A stretch of DNA of 64,000 nt. It comes from Candidatus Thalassarchaeum betae (GTDB lineage: Archaea; Thermoplasmatota; Poseidoniia; Poseidoniales; Thalassarchaeaceae). The notes below the pieces were generated by a model. It did not search any database. It saw only the letters and a program-made list of their open reading frames with translations, and had not been told where the DNA came from. Position 1 is the first letter of the stretch. Each line of letters starts with the position of its first letter. A program made the position numbers and the translations under genes. Below, in pieces: positions 54,220 to 64,000 of the stretch. The DNA lies in the NCBI GenBank assembly GCA_003193925.1, contig PSPG01000001.1, positions 96,001 to 160,000 of the forward strand. The letters are read 5' to 3'.

Positions 54220-55350
54220 ATGGGAGAGGGCGAAGTCAATTGGATGAGAGCGATGGACCCGCGTCAGTCCAAGCTCAATCTCATGCTTCTGGCGATTCCA
54301 GCAACCTTCTACTTCGCGTACGTGTCAGGAGACCAGACAGCTGCCTTCTTCGCCTCGATGGTGGCGATAATGCCGCTCGCCTTCCTGATGGGCTTCGCAA
54401 CCGAGGAGATCGCCCTGCGGACCTCGGATTCGATTGGCGGTCTGCTCAACGCCACCTTCGGCAATGCGGCCGAGTTGATCATCGCGACATTCGCAATATG
54501 GGCGGCCTACCAAGCTGGTGCCGGCTCTGAGACTGCAGACGTCATGGTGCACATCGTCCAAGCCAGTCTGATAGGAAGCATCCTCGGCAACCTCCTGCTG
54601 GTGATGGGATTGGCATTCGTCTGGGGTGGAATCCATCACAAGGTTCAGACCTTCAATGAGACCCAATTCGTCGCCAACAGCTCGCTGCTGCTGCTCGCGG
54701 TGATTACCCTGGTCGTCCCCACCGTGTACCACCTCACCGTGGGAGGGGAGGAAGGCAACGCAGGGGTGGTTAATCTCTCGAGGGCGGCCGCGCTGGTCCT
54801 GCTCGGGATGTACGTTCTGTTCCTGCTGTTCCAACTGCGCACGCACTCCGACCTTTTCGCCACCGACGGCATTAATGACGAGGAGCCCCAGATGAGCAAG
54901 CGCGACGCGGTCGTGCTTCTCCTAGTCGCCACGGTGTTCGTCTCTTGGATGGCTGAGATTCTCGTACACTCACTGGAGACCGCGGCCAATGAGGTCGGCC
55001 TGTCGTACCTCTTCATCGGAGTAATCCTGGTCCCGCTTTTCGGCAACGCGGCCGAGCACTTCACCGCGGTGACCGTCGCAGGCAAGGACAAGATGGACCT
55101 CTCGTTCGCCATCGCTATCGGCTCGAGCACCCAGATCGCGGTGTTCGTAGCCCCCTTGATGGTGGTCTTCGCCTGGATGCTCGGCGTCGGGCTGACCTTT
55201 GAGTTCGGGATCTTGGAAACGGTCGCCGCCTTCCTCGCCGTGATGATCGTCAACGCCATCGCAGCGGACGGCAAGAGCAACTGGCTTGAGGGCGCGATGC
55301 TTCTGGGAGCCTACACCGTCTTGGCTCTGGCCTTCTGGTTCCATCCCTGA
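54220..55350 (+). CDS. cax: Ca2+/H+ exchanger (CAX family)
   Basis: GGLLNATFGNAAE, GSILGNLLLV, GNAAEH, GSSTQIA and DGKSNWLEG. Confidence 0.93.
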   Translation: MGEGEVNWMRAMDPRQSKLNLMLLAIPATFYFAYVSGDQTAAFFASMVAIMPLAFLMGFATEEIALRTSDSIGGLLNATFGNAAELIIATFAIWAAYQAGAGSETADVMVHIVQASLIGSILGNLLLVMGLAFVWGGIHHKVQTFNETQFVANSSLLLLAVITLVVPTVYHLTVGGEEGNAGVVNLSRAAALVLLGMYVLFLLFQLRTHSDLFATDGINDEEPQMSKRDAVVLLLVATVFVSWMAEILVHSLETAANEVGLSYLFIGVILVPLFGNAAEHFTAVTVAGKDKMDLSFAIAIGSSTQIAVFVAPLMVVFAWMLGVGLTFEFGILETVAAFLAVMIVNAIAADGKSNWLEGAMLLGAYTVLALAFWFHP

Positions 55351-55443
55351 ACAGAGGAACGCGTCTAGTTCGTCCCATATAGATCAAACAAATATTAGCA
55401 GTTGAAGATAGATATTTTATGGAAAAAACGGTTGCCTGAAATC

Positions 55444-55677
55444 ATGATGTTCGAATGCAATATAGACGCGAGAGGTAAGGCGTATCGCCTCAAGCTCGGA
55501 ATCATGGGGGTCGTAGTTGGGTTGGTATTGGCGGCAGTCTTCTACTTTGCAGGAATCGATTGGGGTGTTCTACGGTTAATTCCTATGGCAATCATAGGCG
55601 GAGGAGTATTTTCTATTTTCGAAGGCCTGGCTGGGTGGTGCGTTGTACGAGCATTGGGATTCCGAACTCCTCTGTGA
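55444..55677 (+). CDS. Small YgaP/DUF2892-like two-TM protein
   Basis: CNID..G...R, two TM segments, FEGLAGWCVVRALGFRT. Lies in an AT-richer patch. Confidence 0.7.
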   Translation: MMFECNIDARGKAYRLKLGIMGVVVGLVLAAVFYFAGIDWGVLRLIPMAIIGGGVFSIFEGLAGWCVVRALGFRTPL

Positions 55678-55834
55678 GAGAAATCAGATACTCCTCCGCA
55701 TGCCCAGAGGGTCCCTCAGTGCGGACTCAAGATCTTCGTGCACAAAGTCGTAACTCTCCTTCTGCATTGACTGTGGTTGTGTGTTAATATTTGTAAAATT
55801 AATCACCTCAGTTTCTACTTGGGTACCCTCTGAT

Positions 55835-57085
55835 TCAGATTTTCGAGTAGTATTCTGAGACTGCGTCTTCTAAATCGGAGCCCGCACGGCTCTCGTCGAT
55901 GCTCACAGTCACACCGTCACGACGGATTGCTTGACCTCCGACCAGTACGTCGAGACACCTCGTTCCGCTGTAGATCAGGTTGGCCAGCAGCCTCCTGCCG
56001 TCACGGCCCCACGGCCGCATCCTGATGTCGTCGAGATCCCAGGTGACCCAGTCGATGGAACCCTTGGTGGCCAGTTGCCAGGTTTCCACGGGGTTGAGGA
56101 TCCTCGCATCCCAGTGGTCGTGCCTCTGGATCAGACTCGCCACCTTAGCCTCGGCACGCATGTCGAGGCTGTTGTTGCTGGCGGCGCCGTCGGTCCCTAG
56201 ACGGATGTCGACGCCGGCCTCGCGCATAGCCGGGTAGGACATGGTGCCGCCGCAGGCGAGCTTCTGGTTGCTGTTCGGACAGTGGACGGCGTGAGCCTCG
56301 TGACCTGCGAGTATGCGCATCTCCTTCTTGGTGACCCAGCCGCAGTGGGCGCACACCGTGCCCTCCTGGAAGTAGCCGATGGAGTCGAGGTACTCGACGG
56401 GGTACATGCCGTGCTCGGCGTGGCAGTCGGCGACCTCCTTGCGGGTCTCGCTGGTGTGTATGTGGAGTCTGCAGCCGAGCTCAGAGGCCATCTCGGCAGC
56501 CTTCAGCAGCGTCTCCTCGCTGCAGGTGTAGACCGCGTGGGTGCCGATCCCGTACTCGACTCGGTCGGACGGTACTCCTCCTCTCAGCAGACCACCCATC
56601 TTCTGCAGGGCCTCGGCCCCGCCAGAGGGGTAGGAGGGAGTCGGGAAGTCGGTGATCGGCCCGCAGGCGACGCCTCGCATGCCAGCCTCGACTAGGACGC
56701 CGGCCACCACGTCCGGGTGGTAGTACATGTCACAGGCGAAGGTCGTGCCAGTGGCAATCATCTCAGCCGCAGCTGCTCTGGTGCCCGCTTCGACGAACTC
56801 AGCAGTTAGGCCCTTCTCCACAGGGAAGACCGAGGTCTCGAGCCACTCCATCAGCGGCAGACCCTCGCCCATCGAGCGATTGAGGATCATCGCGAGGTGG
56901 GTGTGCCAGTTCTGCAGGGAGCGCGTCACCAGGCGCATCGTACCGTCAATCGTCTCGGCCACGTCCTCGTCGCCATTGCTCGCACAGTACGAGCCGTCTG
57001 GGTGGAGTAGGAAATCGCCGTGCTGGACTGCACCATCATGGTCAACCAGGCGCGTTCCTGTGACCCGTCGCACACCCCCGTCCAT
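55835..57085 (-). CDS. Amidohydrolase (MTA/SAH deaminase-like)
   Basis: NWHTH, GTTFACDMY, HAVYTCS, HIHTSET, AHC, HCPNSNQKLA and GTDGAASNNSLD. Confidence 0.88.
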   Translation of the reverse strand: MDGGVRRVTGTRLVDHDGAVQHGDFLLHPDGSYCASNGDEDVAETIDGTMRLVTRSLQNWHTHLAMILNRSMGEGLPLMEWLETSVFPVEKGLTAEFVEAGTRAAAAEMIATGTTFACDMYYHPDVVAGVLVEAGMRGVACGPITDFPTPSYPSGGAEALQKMGGLLRGGVPSDRVEYGIGTHAVYTCSEETLLKAAEMASELGCRLHIHTSETRKEVADCHAEHGMYPVEYLDSIGYFQEGTVCAHCGWVTKKEMRILAGHEAHAVHCPNSNQKLACGGTMSYPAMREAGVDIRLGTDGAASNNSLDMRAEAKVASLIQRHDHWDARILNPVETWQLATKGSIDWVTWDLDDIRMRPWGRDGRRLLANLIYSGTRCLDVLVGGQAIRRDGVTVSIDESRAGSDLEDAVSEYYSKI

Positions 57086-57123
57086 GGACGAGCGAGCGGC
57101 CCGCCCGACTCAAGTGTTCTCCA

Positions 57124-58152
57124 TCAGTAGTCGTAGACCATCTCTGAGAAATGCAGCAGGTTCCCCTCCCTCGCGTTCTCCGACATGTACTGGATGAAGT
57201 AACGCGCTCGCGCGCCCTGATCGAAGGTTATCTCGCTACGCTCACCATAGCGGCTCATCAGATTGGTCACCGAGGGATTGTGCTGGTCGACGGTGCACTG
57301 AGCGACCTCGCTGGGCTCTTGGCCGGGCTTGTAGCCCTCGTAGAGGTCGCTCGCGTTGCAGCCGATATCATCCTCACACCAGGTATAGCAGTCGTAGGGG
57401 GTCGAGCAGATGAAGTCGCCAGTGCGGTAGCATTGGTCGGTGGGAGTGACCCAGTCCTGCGTCCAGATGAATGCCCGCGAGAGGTCCGAGTCCGAGTTCG
57501 GATCGTCGTGGAACTGGTGGGTGTGGTAGAGGCCGAGGAAGTGCCCGAGTTCGTGGCTCGGAACGGGGCTTGTCGCGAATGTCGAAGCGCGCACCGTGCT
57601 GAAGTAGTATTCTCGCGAATACCACGGATACATGCTGTAAGATCCCCAGCCGTTGCTCTGCATGACGATGTTGACATTGGCTGGGTTGTAGCCTTCAACG
57701 AAGGCGTCGCCGAGTTGGGATATCGAAATCTGGTCACCGAAATCACCACCGTCTTCGCTCGAGTTGTTGAGTGTGCCCGGCTTCTCACCCTCCTCCCCTT
57801 CCTCCTCGTCTTGGACGTCGGGGAAGGCGTCGTCGACCCAGATTATCTCGTCGAGGACGAAGTCGATTCCAGAGGGGTTGTAGACCGAGTTAATCATTTC
57901 GATTCCGGTGGCGATGGAGGTCTCGTTGATGAGCCATTCGACACCGTCGTTGTCTCGATAGACGAAGATGGTGATGGAGAGTTGTCTCACTGGCCCTGCC
58001 TCGCAATCTAGTCCCGGGTAGGGCGAGTCCTCGGTGATTTCTACCCAGTATCCCTGCTCATCGCAGCCTTCCGGCTCCGCCTCGCCACCGAGGCAGCCCG
58101 AGAGAACGGGTGCGACGAGAATCAGCACGAGCAAGGCGGCAGCTCTTCGCAT
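57124..58152 (-). CDS. M43 (pappalysin/ulilysin-like) metzincin lipoprotein
   Basis: Lipobox LSGC, HELGHFLGLYHT, CxxxGDxICxTP, Met-turn NLMS and TFDQ..R. Confidence 0.85.
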   Translation of the reverse strand: MRRAAALLVLILVAPVLSGCLGGEAEPEGCDEQGYWVEITEDSPYPGLDCEAGPVRQLSITIFVYRDNDGVEWLINETSIATGIEMINSVYNPSGIDFVLDEIIWVDDAFPDVQDEEEGEEGEKPGTLNNSSEDGGDFGDQISISQLGDAFVEGYNPANVNIVMQSNGWGSYSMYPWYSREYYFSTVRASTFATSPVPSHELGHFLGLYHTHQFHDDPNSDSDLSRAFIWTQDWVTPTDQCYRTGDFICSTPYDCYTWCEDDIGCNASDLYEGYKPGQEPSEVAQCTVDQHNPSVTNLMSRYGERSEITFDQGARARYFIQYMSENAREGNLLHFSEMVYDY

Positions 58153-58197
58153 GAGCCTGACTCGAGGTGGTAGGGCTAAACCCTTGCTGGCCCGGCT

Positions 58198-58893
58198 TCA
58201 GTTGCTGGACTTCGGCATGAACGGTATCAGCTTGCCCGCCAGCGCTTCGATGTTCCGAGTTTGGATCCAAACCTTGCCCGCTCCTGTTAACCGCAGTACA
58301 AAACCTTCGCCTCCGAACATGGTAGTCTTGAGTCCTCCCGACGGAGCCACACCGTAGGACACCCCCTCAGTGAAGGCTACGAGGTGTCCGTTGTCCACAA
58401 TTATCGGGGCATCTGGTGTTACTTCGAGCTCCTTGACAGCCCCGTAGGAACTGTAGAAAACCTGACCGGGACCACCTTGTGAGAATGCCCTCAGGAAGAA
58501 GCCTCCTTCTCTGGACAGGAGCGCCTTGGCACCTTGGAATTTGGTATCGTACTCCACGTTCGGCGAGCAGGCCATGAAGGCCCCCCCTTGCATGTACAGT
58601 CCTTCACCCGGGACCAAGTCAAATGTTGAGACATCTCCCGGAGCTGAAGGAGCCATCGATATCCATCCACCAGAAGGTCCTGCGGTGTATGTGTTGACGA
58701 AGAACGACTCCCCGCCCACTACGGCCTTGAAGAGACCCCTCATCAGTCCCCCCTTACTTGCTCTGCCTGTGCTGACACTCACATCAGATGACTGGGCCAC
58801 CATGGCACCGGGTTCGACCTTGATTGACTCTCCAGGTCCGAGGTTGGCGGTCATCAGTGTGAAGGCTGGTTGGAACTCGCATTCTGCGTCCAT
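58198..58893 (-). CDS. TIGR00266/AIM24-family protein
   Basis: EPGAMV, GGESFFVN, PGDV, VDNGHLVAF, GGEGFV...G.GKVWIQTRN. Start at ATG 58893. Confidence 0.9.
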   Translation of the reverse strand: MDAECEFQPAFTLMTANLGPGESIKVEPGAMVAQSSDVSVSTGRASKGGLMRGLFKAVVGGESFFVNTYTAGPSGGWISMAPSAPGDVSTFDLVPGEGLYMQGGAFMACSPNVEYDTKFQGAKALLSREGGFFLRAFSQGGPGQVFYSSYGAVKELEVTPDAPIIVDNGHLVAFTEGVSYGVAPSGGLKTTMFGGEGFVLRLTGAGKVWIQTRNIEALAGKLIPFMPKSSN

Positions 58894-58937
58894 GACAACT
58901 CTCTGGAAGCACGGCTTTTTAATTGAATGGGGATGGA

Positions 58938-59558
58938 TTAGACAACGCATTTCGCATTGAGGAGGCTGACCGTCTCACCTTCGGAGTTCTTCATCCATGC
59001 CTCCACTACATCCCCCTCATGCATCGGTCCGACGCCTTTCGGGGTGCCAGTCCAGACAAGGTCGCCCGGTGAGAGATCGTACCAGCCCTTGAGGTGGCTG
59101 AGAATTGACTCGACAGAGTGCACCATCAGCTCGGTCGAGGCCTGCTGCCTCACCTCGCCATTGACCGACATCCCGATCTCGACCGGTCGAGGATCCCAAG
59201 CCGTCCAGGTCCCGAGCACTCCCGAGCCTGCGAAGCCCTTGCCCTCGAGCCAGGGCCAGCCATTGTGCTTGGCATGTGTCTGACGAGTCCTGTTGGTGGT
59301 GTCGTTGCCTACGCACATCTCGACCGGCTCCAACTCATCACCGAGTCGGATGACCAACTCGACCTCGTGGTCGATGTGCTCCTCAGCCACCCCGAGTGCG
59401 ATCACGTTGTTGCCGTTCTCGTCGGCCTCGATGAGAGCGGTCGGTGGCATCAGGAAGAAGCGGGGGTAGTCGGTGATGTCCCCGTGAATCTCCTTGGCGT
59501 GCCCCACGTAGTTGCGGAAAACAGCCCAGCCGACGCCCACGGCGCCGCCAGCGAACAC
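58938..59558 (-). CDS. Fumarylacetoacetate hydrolase-family protein
   Basis: RNYVGHAKE, DHEVELVI, NDTTNR, GWPW..GKGF, VNGEVRQ and PGDLVWTGTPKGVG. Start estimated at GTG 59558. Confidence 0.88.
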   Translation of the reverse strand: MFAGGAVGVGWAVFRNYVGHAKEIHGDITDYPRFFLMPPTALIEADENGNNVIALGVAEEHIDHEVELVIRLGDELEPVEMCVGNDTTNRTRQTHAKHNGWPWLEGKGFAGSGVLGTWTAWDPRPVEIGMSVNGEVRQQASTELMVHSVESILSHLKGWYDLSPGDLVWTGTPKGVGPMHEGDVVEAWMKNSEGETVSLLNAKCVV

Positions 59559-59628
59559 AGCACCATTAGCACATCGGTGCCAATCACCCTCCGAGGGTTG
59601 AAGGCTCTCCCTCCGACCAAAGCGCTCG

Positions 59629-60615
59629 ATGGCCGAGGACCCGTACCGCGTTCTAGGCGTTTCTCCCGACGCGACAGACGCGGAAATCAAGCGGGCCTAC
59701 CGCAAACTCGCCCGGCAGTACCACCCCGACCGCAACCCGGGTGACGCAGCGGCCGAGGAGCGGTTCAAGGCGATTCAGGCTGCCTACGAGGCCGTAGGAA
59801 CGGCCGAGGCGCGCAAGGAGAACGACCAGCGCCGCCGGATGGAGGAGATGTTCGGAGGCGGAGGCTCCCAGGGCAACCCGTTCGGAGGGGGCTCCGGAGG
59901 AGTCGACCTAGGCGACATCATCTCGCAGTTCATGGGTGGACGGGGGACATCGACTCCTGGCTTCGATTTCAGGTTCTCTCAGGGCTTCGGAGGCAGGCAG
60001 ACCCAGCAGCCCAGGAGCGAGCCCACCGAGCCATCTAGGGGAGCGGTCATCGAGGCTGGACTCGATGTCTCGCTCGAGCAGGCCTCGAGCGGTACCGAGG
60101 TCAAGTTCGCCCACCGCAGACTGAAGCGCTGCGACAAGTGCAAAGGCTCGAGTTTCGGCACCTCGAAGCGCTGCGCTCCGTGCAACGGCACAGGGGTCCA
60201 GACCAAGGGAAGCACACTCGCGGTGAAGGTGCCCCCGAACGCTAGCCACGGGCAACTGCTCCGACTGAAGGGAATGGGCCACGAGCACCCGCAGGGCGAG
60301 CCGGGGGACCTGCTTATCACCCTGAGGCTCGACGCCGAGGAGGGCCGCCGCTGGGAGGACGGCAGGCTGGTCCAAGAGGTCCCCATTCCCATCACCACAC
60401 TGTTGCTCGGCGGCAAGGTTAGAATCAGCACTCCTGTCGGCAAACGGGTGCAGATCGATGTGCCAGAGGGGACCCGGGTAGGCGACCGCCGGCGACTGCA
60501 GGGCCACGGCCACTCAGGGGGCCCTCTGGACATCGAATTCACGCTCGCTGAGCCAGACAAACTGACCAAGTCCCAGCGCGACGCCTTAGAGAGCCTGCGG
60601 GACAGCGGCCTGTGA
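59629..60615 (+). CDS. DnaJ-family co-chaperone (J domain, G/F linker, single zinc finger, C-terminal domain)
   Basis: DPYRVLGV, YHPDRN, CDKCKG..CAPCNGTG, LRLKGMG and GDLLI. Confidence 0.9.
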   Translation: MAEDPYRVLGVSPDATDAEIKRAYRKLARQYHPDRNPGDAAAEERFKAIQAAYEAVGTAEARKENDQRRRMEEMFGGGGSQGNPFGGGSGGVDLGDIISQFMGGRGTSTPGFDFRFSQGFGGRQTQQPRSEPTEPSRGAVIEAGLDVSLEQASSGTEVKFAHRRLKRCDKCKGSSFGTSKRCAPCNGTGVQTKGSTLAVKVPPNASHGQLLRLKGMGHEHPQGEPGDLLITLRLDAEEGRRWEDGRLVQEVPIPITTLLLGGKVRISTPVGKRVQIDVPEGTRVGDRRRLQGHGHSGGPLDIEFTLAEPDKLTKSQRDALESLRDSGL

Positions 60616-60666
60616 CCGCGGAGCCATCCACGGAAGGATTGAAGCCAGCGATTCAGAGGCTCGCGC

Positions 60667-63600
60667 GTGGAGCAGGTGCGCGACTTCAGCAAGCTCGCCG
60701 GGCTTCTGCTCGAGCGGCGCCCACAGGTGCACATCACCATCCTGCTGGTCTCGCTACTGATGATTCCCGGAATGCTCGCCAGCCTGACTCCGATAGACAT
60801 CGAGTCCTACGACATGGAATCCCCCGAACTTACTGCTTACAAGGTGCTCAACGAGGAATTCGCCTCCGCTGAAGTGATGTACGGGATGATGGTGTCGATT
60901 CGCGACCCAACGCATTATTCGAGCGGTCCCGAAGCCCCTCACCGCGACGCTGATGGGAACGTTCTGACGGAACAGCTCCCCCAGATTGAGGAGAGGATTG
61001 CCTATCCCGGGGACAATGCCGGACTGGTCGGTGAGGGAGTTCCCATCGGTGGTATACTGAACCTCACGGTTCTGCGTGAGATTGACGGGAAGGCCGCTGA
61101 GATACGCGCCGACCCCATCTCAGAGTTCTCCCGCCCCATGGTCAGCGAACTGACGGGAGAGGGGAGCGATGGGGTGCTGGCTCTGCCGGACCAGTTCCGC
61201 TCGTTCATGTCCAATCGCTCTATGCTGACTCGCGACACGGTGAACGAGTTCGGGCAATTCGTGCCTGCCCGCACCAATTGGACCGACTGCTGGCCGCTGG
61301 AGTGTCTCGAGTTCGATGACCCGGGAATCACCCAGTCCCACATCGACCTCGCAGCCCATCGCATGATTGCCTCGAGCGAAGGCGTCTTCATGCGCTGGAT
61401 GTCCACTGACCGAGGATTCACCTCCGATCCCAGCAGCCCGGTCATTGGCCCGATCGGTGGTAGGATTACCGAGGACGGCACCTTCGAGGGTGCGGAATGG
61501 GGACCGGGTCGTTGGTCGGCCTCTACGACTTGGATGCTCCTGCAAGTCAGCCGCGACGCGATGGAGGAAAGCGGTTTCACCCATTCCTGGAGCAACGCCA
61601 GATCGGAGCCGGATGGCTGGTCATATCATGGCCTGCAGCTTCTCACGACGCCCCCTCACCGAACCACAGAGGAGTGCAGGGCGCTAGTGGAGGGAGGAGG
61701 AGCCCCCTGTGCGGCCGAGTGGGCCATAGTCGCGCTCGAGGAGAATATCCGAACCACCGACCAGTTGACCGTTTCGATGATAATCGGCGAGGGGATCAAC
61801 GTCGAAGTCAACCGAGAGCTCCAGGAATCCGCGATTCTGCTTGCCGGGATGGCCATAGCGATACTCGTGCTGCTTTGGTTCAGCCTCCGACGCCTCTCCG
61901 ACGTGGCAATCGTCGGCGCCACCTTGGTATTCAGCCTCCTGTGGATGCAGGGCCTTATTGGCTGGGGCATAATCGTCGGAAGCGAATTCGACCTCAAGAT
62001 CATCAGCCGCAGCCAGTTCTCCATTCTGCTACCGATACTGATATTGGCTCTCGGTATCGATGATAGCCTCCACGCGCTTCACCGATACAAGGAGGAGAGA
62101 CGGAACGGCAAGCCTCCCGAGGACGCCGCCCGCGTCTCGCTCACGCGCGTCGGCCGCGCGATAATGCTCACCTCGTTCACCACCATGGCGGCCTTCGCCG
62201 CCAACTTCACGTCGGAAATACCGGCCCTGCGCTCGTTCGGCTTGGAAGCGGCGTTCGGCGTAGGCTCCGCATTCATTCTCACAGGGCTCTGGGCTCCGAT
62301 TATCAGGTTGGACTGGGATTTATGGATCTTGAAGCGCGGTGAACTTGGAGAGGAGGACGGGACCACTTTGCACATGATTCGGGAGGAATGGCTCGCAGAG
62401 GTCGCGGGAACCTCCTCGAAGAAGTCCTCGCTCATCTTGGCTGCTGTATTGGTCCTCTCAGCGCTGGCCGTGCCGATGATGCTCGGTCTCGAGGGCGATT
62501 TCAAAGTCGAGGACTTCTTGGACGGTGAGAGCGATTTCGCCCAAGGCGTCGAGATAGTCAACACGCGGTTCACGGACGAAGGGGAGCCTGCTGCCATCGT
62601 CATCGAGGGCGACATGCTCGACCCAAGGGTGTACGCGGCGATCGGCGCCACCAGGGAGAACATGCTAGATGCCTCTGAGGACGACCCCCAGAGATTCACT
62701 CGCACTCCTCTGGGGGTGCCGGAGTTGCACGGCGTGGACGAGCTCGCTCTGTTCGCGATGGCCAGCATGGGGGCGAATGCCACGCCCTTCATCGAAGCGG
62801 GTTGGGCTTCTGAATCGAACAGCGGTTGCGCTATCACCTCCAACGGCCTGCCTGAGACTACAGACCGAGACTGCCTGAGGTTCCTGTACGGCTTCCTGTT
62901 CACACACGGCATCCCTGAGGGAGGGCTCATCCCGCACATTCCAGCCAGCATAATCGCGTTGTACATCCTGCCCTCATGCGAGTTGGACCCACAGGCAGTC
63001 CACCTCTGTTCTGACGGCAGCGGTCCGAGTTACGAGCGGATGACCCTGCGCTGGGGTGTCAGCGACGCCGAGAAGTTCAACTTGGTCGAATTGACTCTGG
63101 CGGAGCTCGAGAGGGACATGGCTCCGTTCCAGGAGTTGGCCGGTCAGGACATCTCGCTCCGTGTGCCCGTCAGTGAGGCCAGTGAGGAGTTTCCAGTCAC
63201 GTGGGCGATACCGACGGGTGATCCTGTGACCCGGTACGTCGCCGCCTCGAGCATGCAGAACGAGCTGCAAGGGACCCTGATGCTCGGAGTCGTGTTCTGC
63301 CTGATTACGCTGTGGTGGGGATTCAGGAGGGTTGGCGCCAGTTTGAACTCGTACTCAAAGCGCGAACTCGTTCTCTCTCTGCCGGTCATCGCAGGCATTG
63401 CCTACTTTGTTCTCTGGTCGACCGGCTCCGCGACCATCTGTGCCGTGATCACTGTCTGGCTACTGCTCAATGCCGGGCTCTGGGGGACTCGTGCGCTCAG
63501 TATGGCGATGGTCACCACCACCCCCATCATCGTAGTGGTCATCTGGCTCTACGCGATCATCTACCTAGCCGGATACGGGCTCAACATGGTCACCGTCGCC

Positions 63601-63918
63601 ATCGCGGCGATGTCTCTCGGGGTCGGTATCGATTACGTCATACACGTCGTCGAGCGCTACCGTGAGGAACACTCGCGCGGTGCGAGCTCAGAGATGGCGG
63701 TTCGCGCCGTTGGCGGAGCCGCGGGGCTGGCGCTGTTCGGCTCCGCCGTATCCGACGTGACTGGATTCCTCATCATAGCCCAGTCGCCGATGGGCTTCTT
63801 CTCATCTTTCGGCCTGTTCTGCGCCGCGATGATCGGCCTCTCTCTACTCGCGGGCCTAGTGCTCACGCCGGCGTTGCTGAGCACCATCAACAGACATCCG
63901 TCCAACAACTCAGTCTGA
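60667..63918 (+). CDS. MMPL/RND-family transporter
   Basis: Two RND half-modules (LALGIDDSLH..RY.EE; LGVGIDYVIH..RY.EE), each with a large extracytoplasmic loop. Confidence 0.9.
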   Translation: MEQVRDFSKLAGLLLERRPQVHITILLVSLLMIPGMLASLTPIDIESYDMESPELTAYKVLNEEFASAEVMYGMMVSIRDPTHYSSGPEAPHRDADGNVLTEQLPQIEERIAYPGDNAGLVGEGVPIGGILNLTVLREIDGKAAEIRADPISEFSRPMVSELTGEGSDGVLALPDQFRSFMSNRSMLTRDTVNEFGQFVPARTNWTDCWPLECLEFDDPGITQSHIDLAAHRMIASSEGVFMRWMSTDRGFTSDPSSPVIGPIGGRITEDGTFEGAEWGPGRWSASTTWMLLQVSRDAMEESGFTHSWSNARSEPDGWSYHGLQLLTTPPHRTTEECRALVEGGGAPCAAEWAIVALEENIRTTDQLTVSMIIGEGINVEVNRELQESAILLAGMAIAILVLLWFSLRRLSDVAIVGATLVFSLLWMQGLIGWGIIVGSEFDLKIISRSQFSILLPILILALGIDDSLHALHRYKEERRNGKPPEDAARVSLTRVGRAIMLTSFTTMAAFAANFTSEIPALRSFGLEAAFGVGSAFILTGLWAPIIRLDWDLWILKRGELGEEDGTTLHMIREEWLAEVAGTSSKKSSLILAAVLVLSALAVPMMLGLEGDFKVEDFLDGESDFAQGVEIVNTRFTDEGEPAAIVIEGDMLDPRVYAAIGATRENMLDASEDDPQRFTRTPLGVPELHGVDELALFAMASMGANATPFIEAGWASESNSGCAITSNGLPETTDRDCLRFLYGFLFTHGIPEGGLIPHIPASIIALYILPSCELDPQAVHLCSDGSGPSYERMTLRWGVSDAEKFNLVELTLAELERDMAPFQELAGQDISLRVPVSEASEEFPVTWAIPTGDPVTRYVAASSMQNELQGTLMLGVVFCLITLWWGFRRVGASLNSYSKRELVLSLPVIAGIAYFVLWSTGSATICAVITVWLLLNAGLWGTRALSMAMVTTTPIIVVVIWLYAIIYLAGYGLNMVTVAIAAMSLGVGIDYVIHVVERYREEHSRGASSEMAVRAVGGAAGLALFGSAVSDVTGFLIIAQSPMGFFSSFGLFCAAMIGLSLLAGLVLTPALLSTINRHPSNNSV

Positions 63919-63999
63919 GTTGTCGAGCACCGAGAACTTGGAAAACTCCCTTCCCACCCATTGCGAGTGCGCGTCAGTCATCATACCCCCCCCCAGGCT
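63910..63999 (-). CDS. Possible C-terminus of a convergent gene entering from beyond the window
   Basis: Open frame SLGGGMMTDAHSQWVGREFSKFSVLDNSD-stop, overlapping the MMPL stop by 9 nt. Confidence 0.3.
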   Translation of the reverse strand, partial: SLGGGMMTDAHSQWVGREFSKFSVLDNSD

Positions 64000-64000
64000 A

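Noticed and set aside
63905-63923. Perfect palindrome ACAACTCAG-T-CTGAGTTGT at the MMPL stop
   Set aside because: It is a single copy with a 1-nt spacer inside overlapping convergent gene ends, and no function can be supported.
63986-63994. C9 homopolymer as a phase-variation tract
   Set aside because: It reads in frame as Gly codons on the minus strand at the window edge, and cannot be assessed without reads.
1-64000. Many long overlapping or antisense ORFs in the ORF track (for example 2142..2924, 22958..23887, 32951..33943, 52388..53368, 57151..58011)
   Set aside because: They are shadow frames of recognisable genes in GC-rich DNA, with R/P/S-biased composition and no motifs.

Overview
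A gene-dense, GC-rich (roughly 60-65% by eye) archaeal chromosome segment. The marker set points to Thermoplasmatota, most likely Marine Group II (Poseidoniales); this is an inference, as no search was run. Markers: MCM, GatE, Trm1, Pth2, RaSEA, PAC2, the ftsZ-secE-spt5-rpl11-rpl1-rplP0-rpl12 cluster, bacterial-type NfuA/DnaJ/AddAB, and GCTDxxAxNY and CPPGTYQ surface repeats. About 50 CDS are present. I found no tRNA, rRNA, CRISPR array, transposase or integrase. Several core machines look remodelled. (1) Spt5 carries an N-terminal Nudix-fold domain with a degenerate Nudix box. (2) The adjacent uL11 gene encodes only the rRNA-binding C-terminal domain, and an L1-type autoregulatory RNA site precedes rpl1. 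(3) A Liv-type ABC importer has a 1051-aa binding protein made of a circularly permuted family-3 domain plus two LivJ/K domains, a LivH-LivM fusion permease, and a LivG ATPase with an inserted hydrophobic hairpin. (4) A CcoN-like heme-copper-oxidase-fold protein has lost most of its His ligands. (5) An aquaporin-like protein lacks both NPA motifs and has a structured 3' UTR. (6) An AddAB/AdnAB-like pair has four-Cys nuclease domains on both subunits. (7) An ORB-like box lies upstream of mcm. (8) A DUF4430 plus ECF S-component pair is a candidate cobalamin uptake module.
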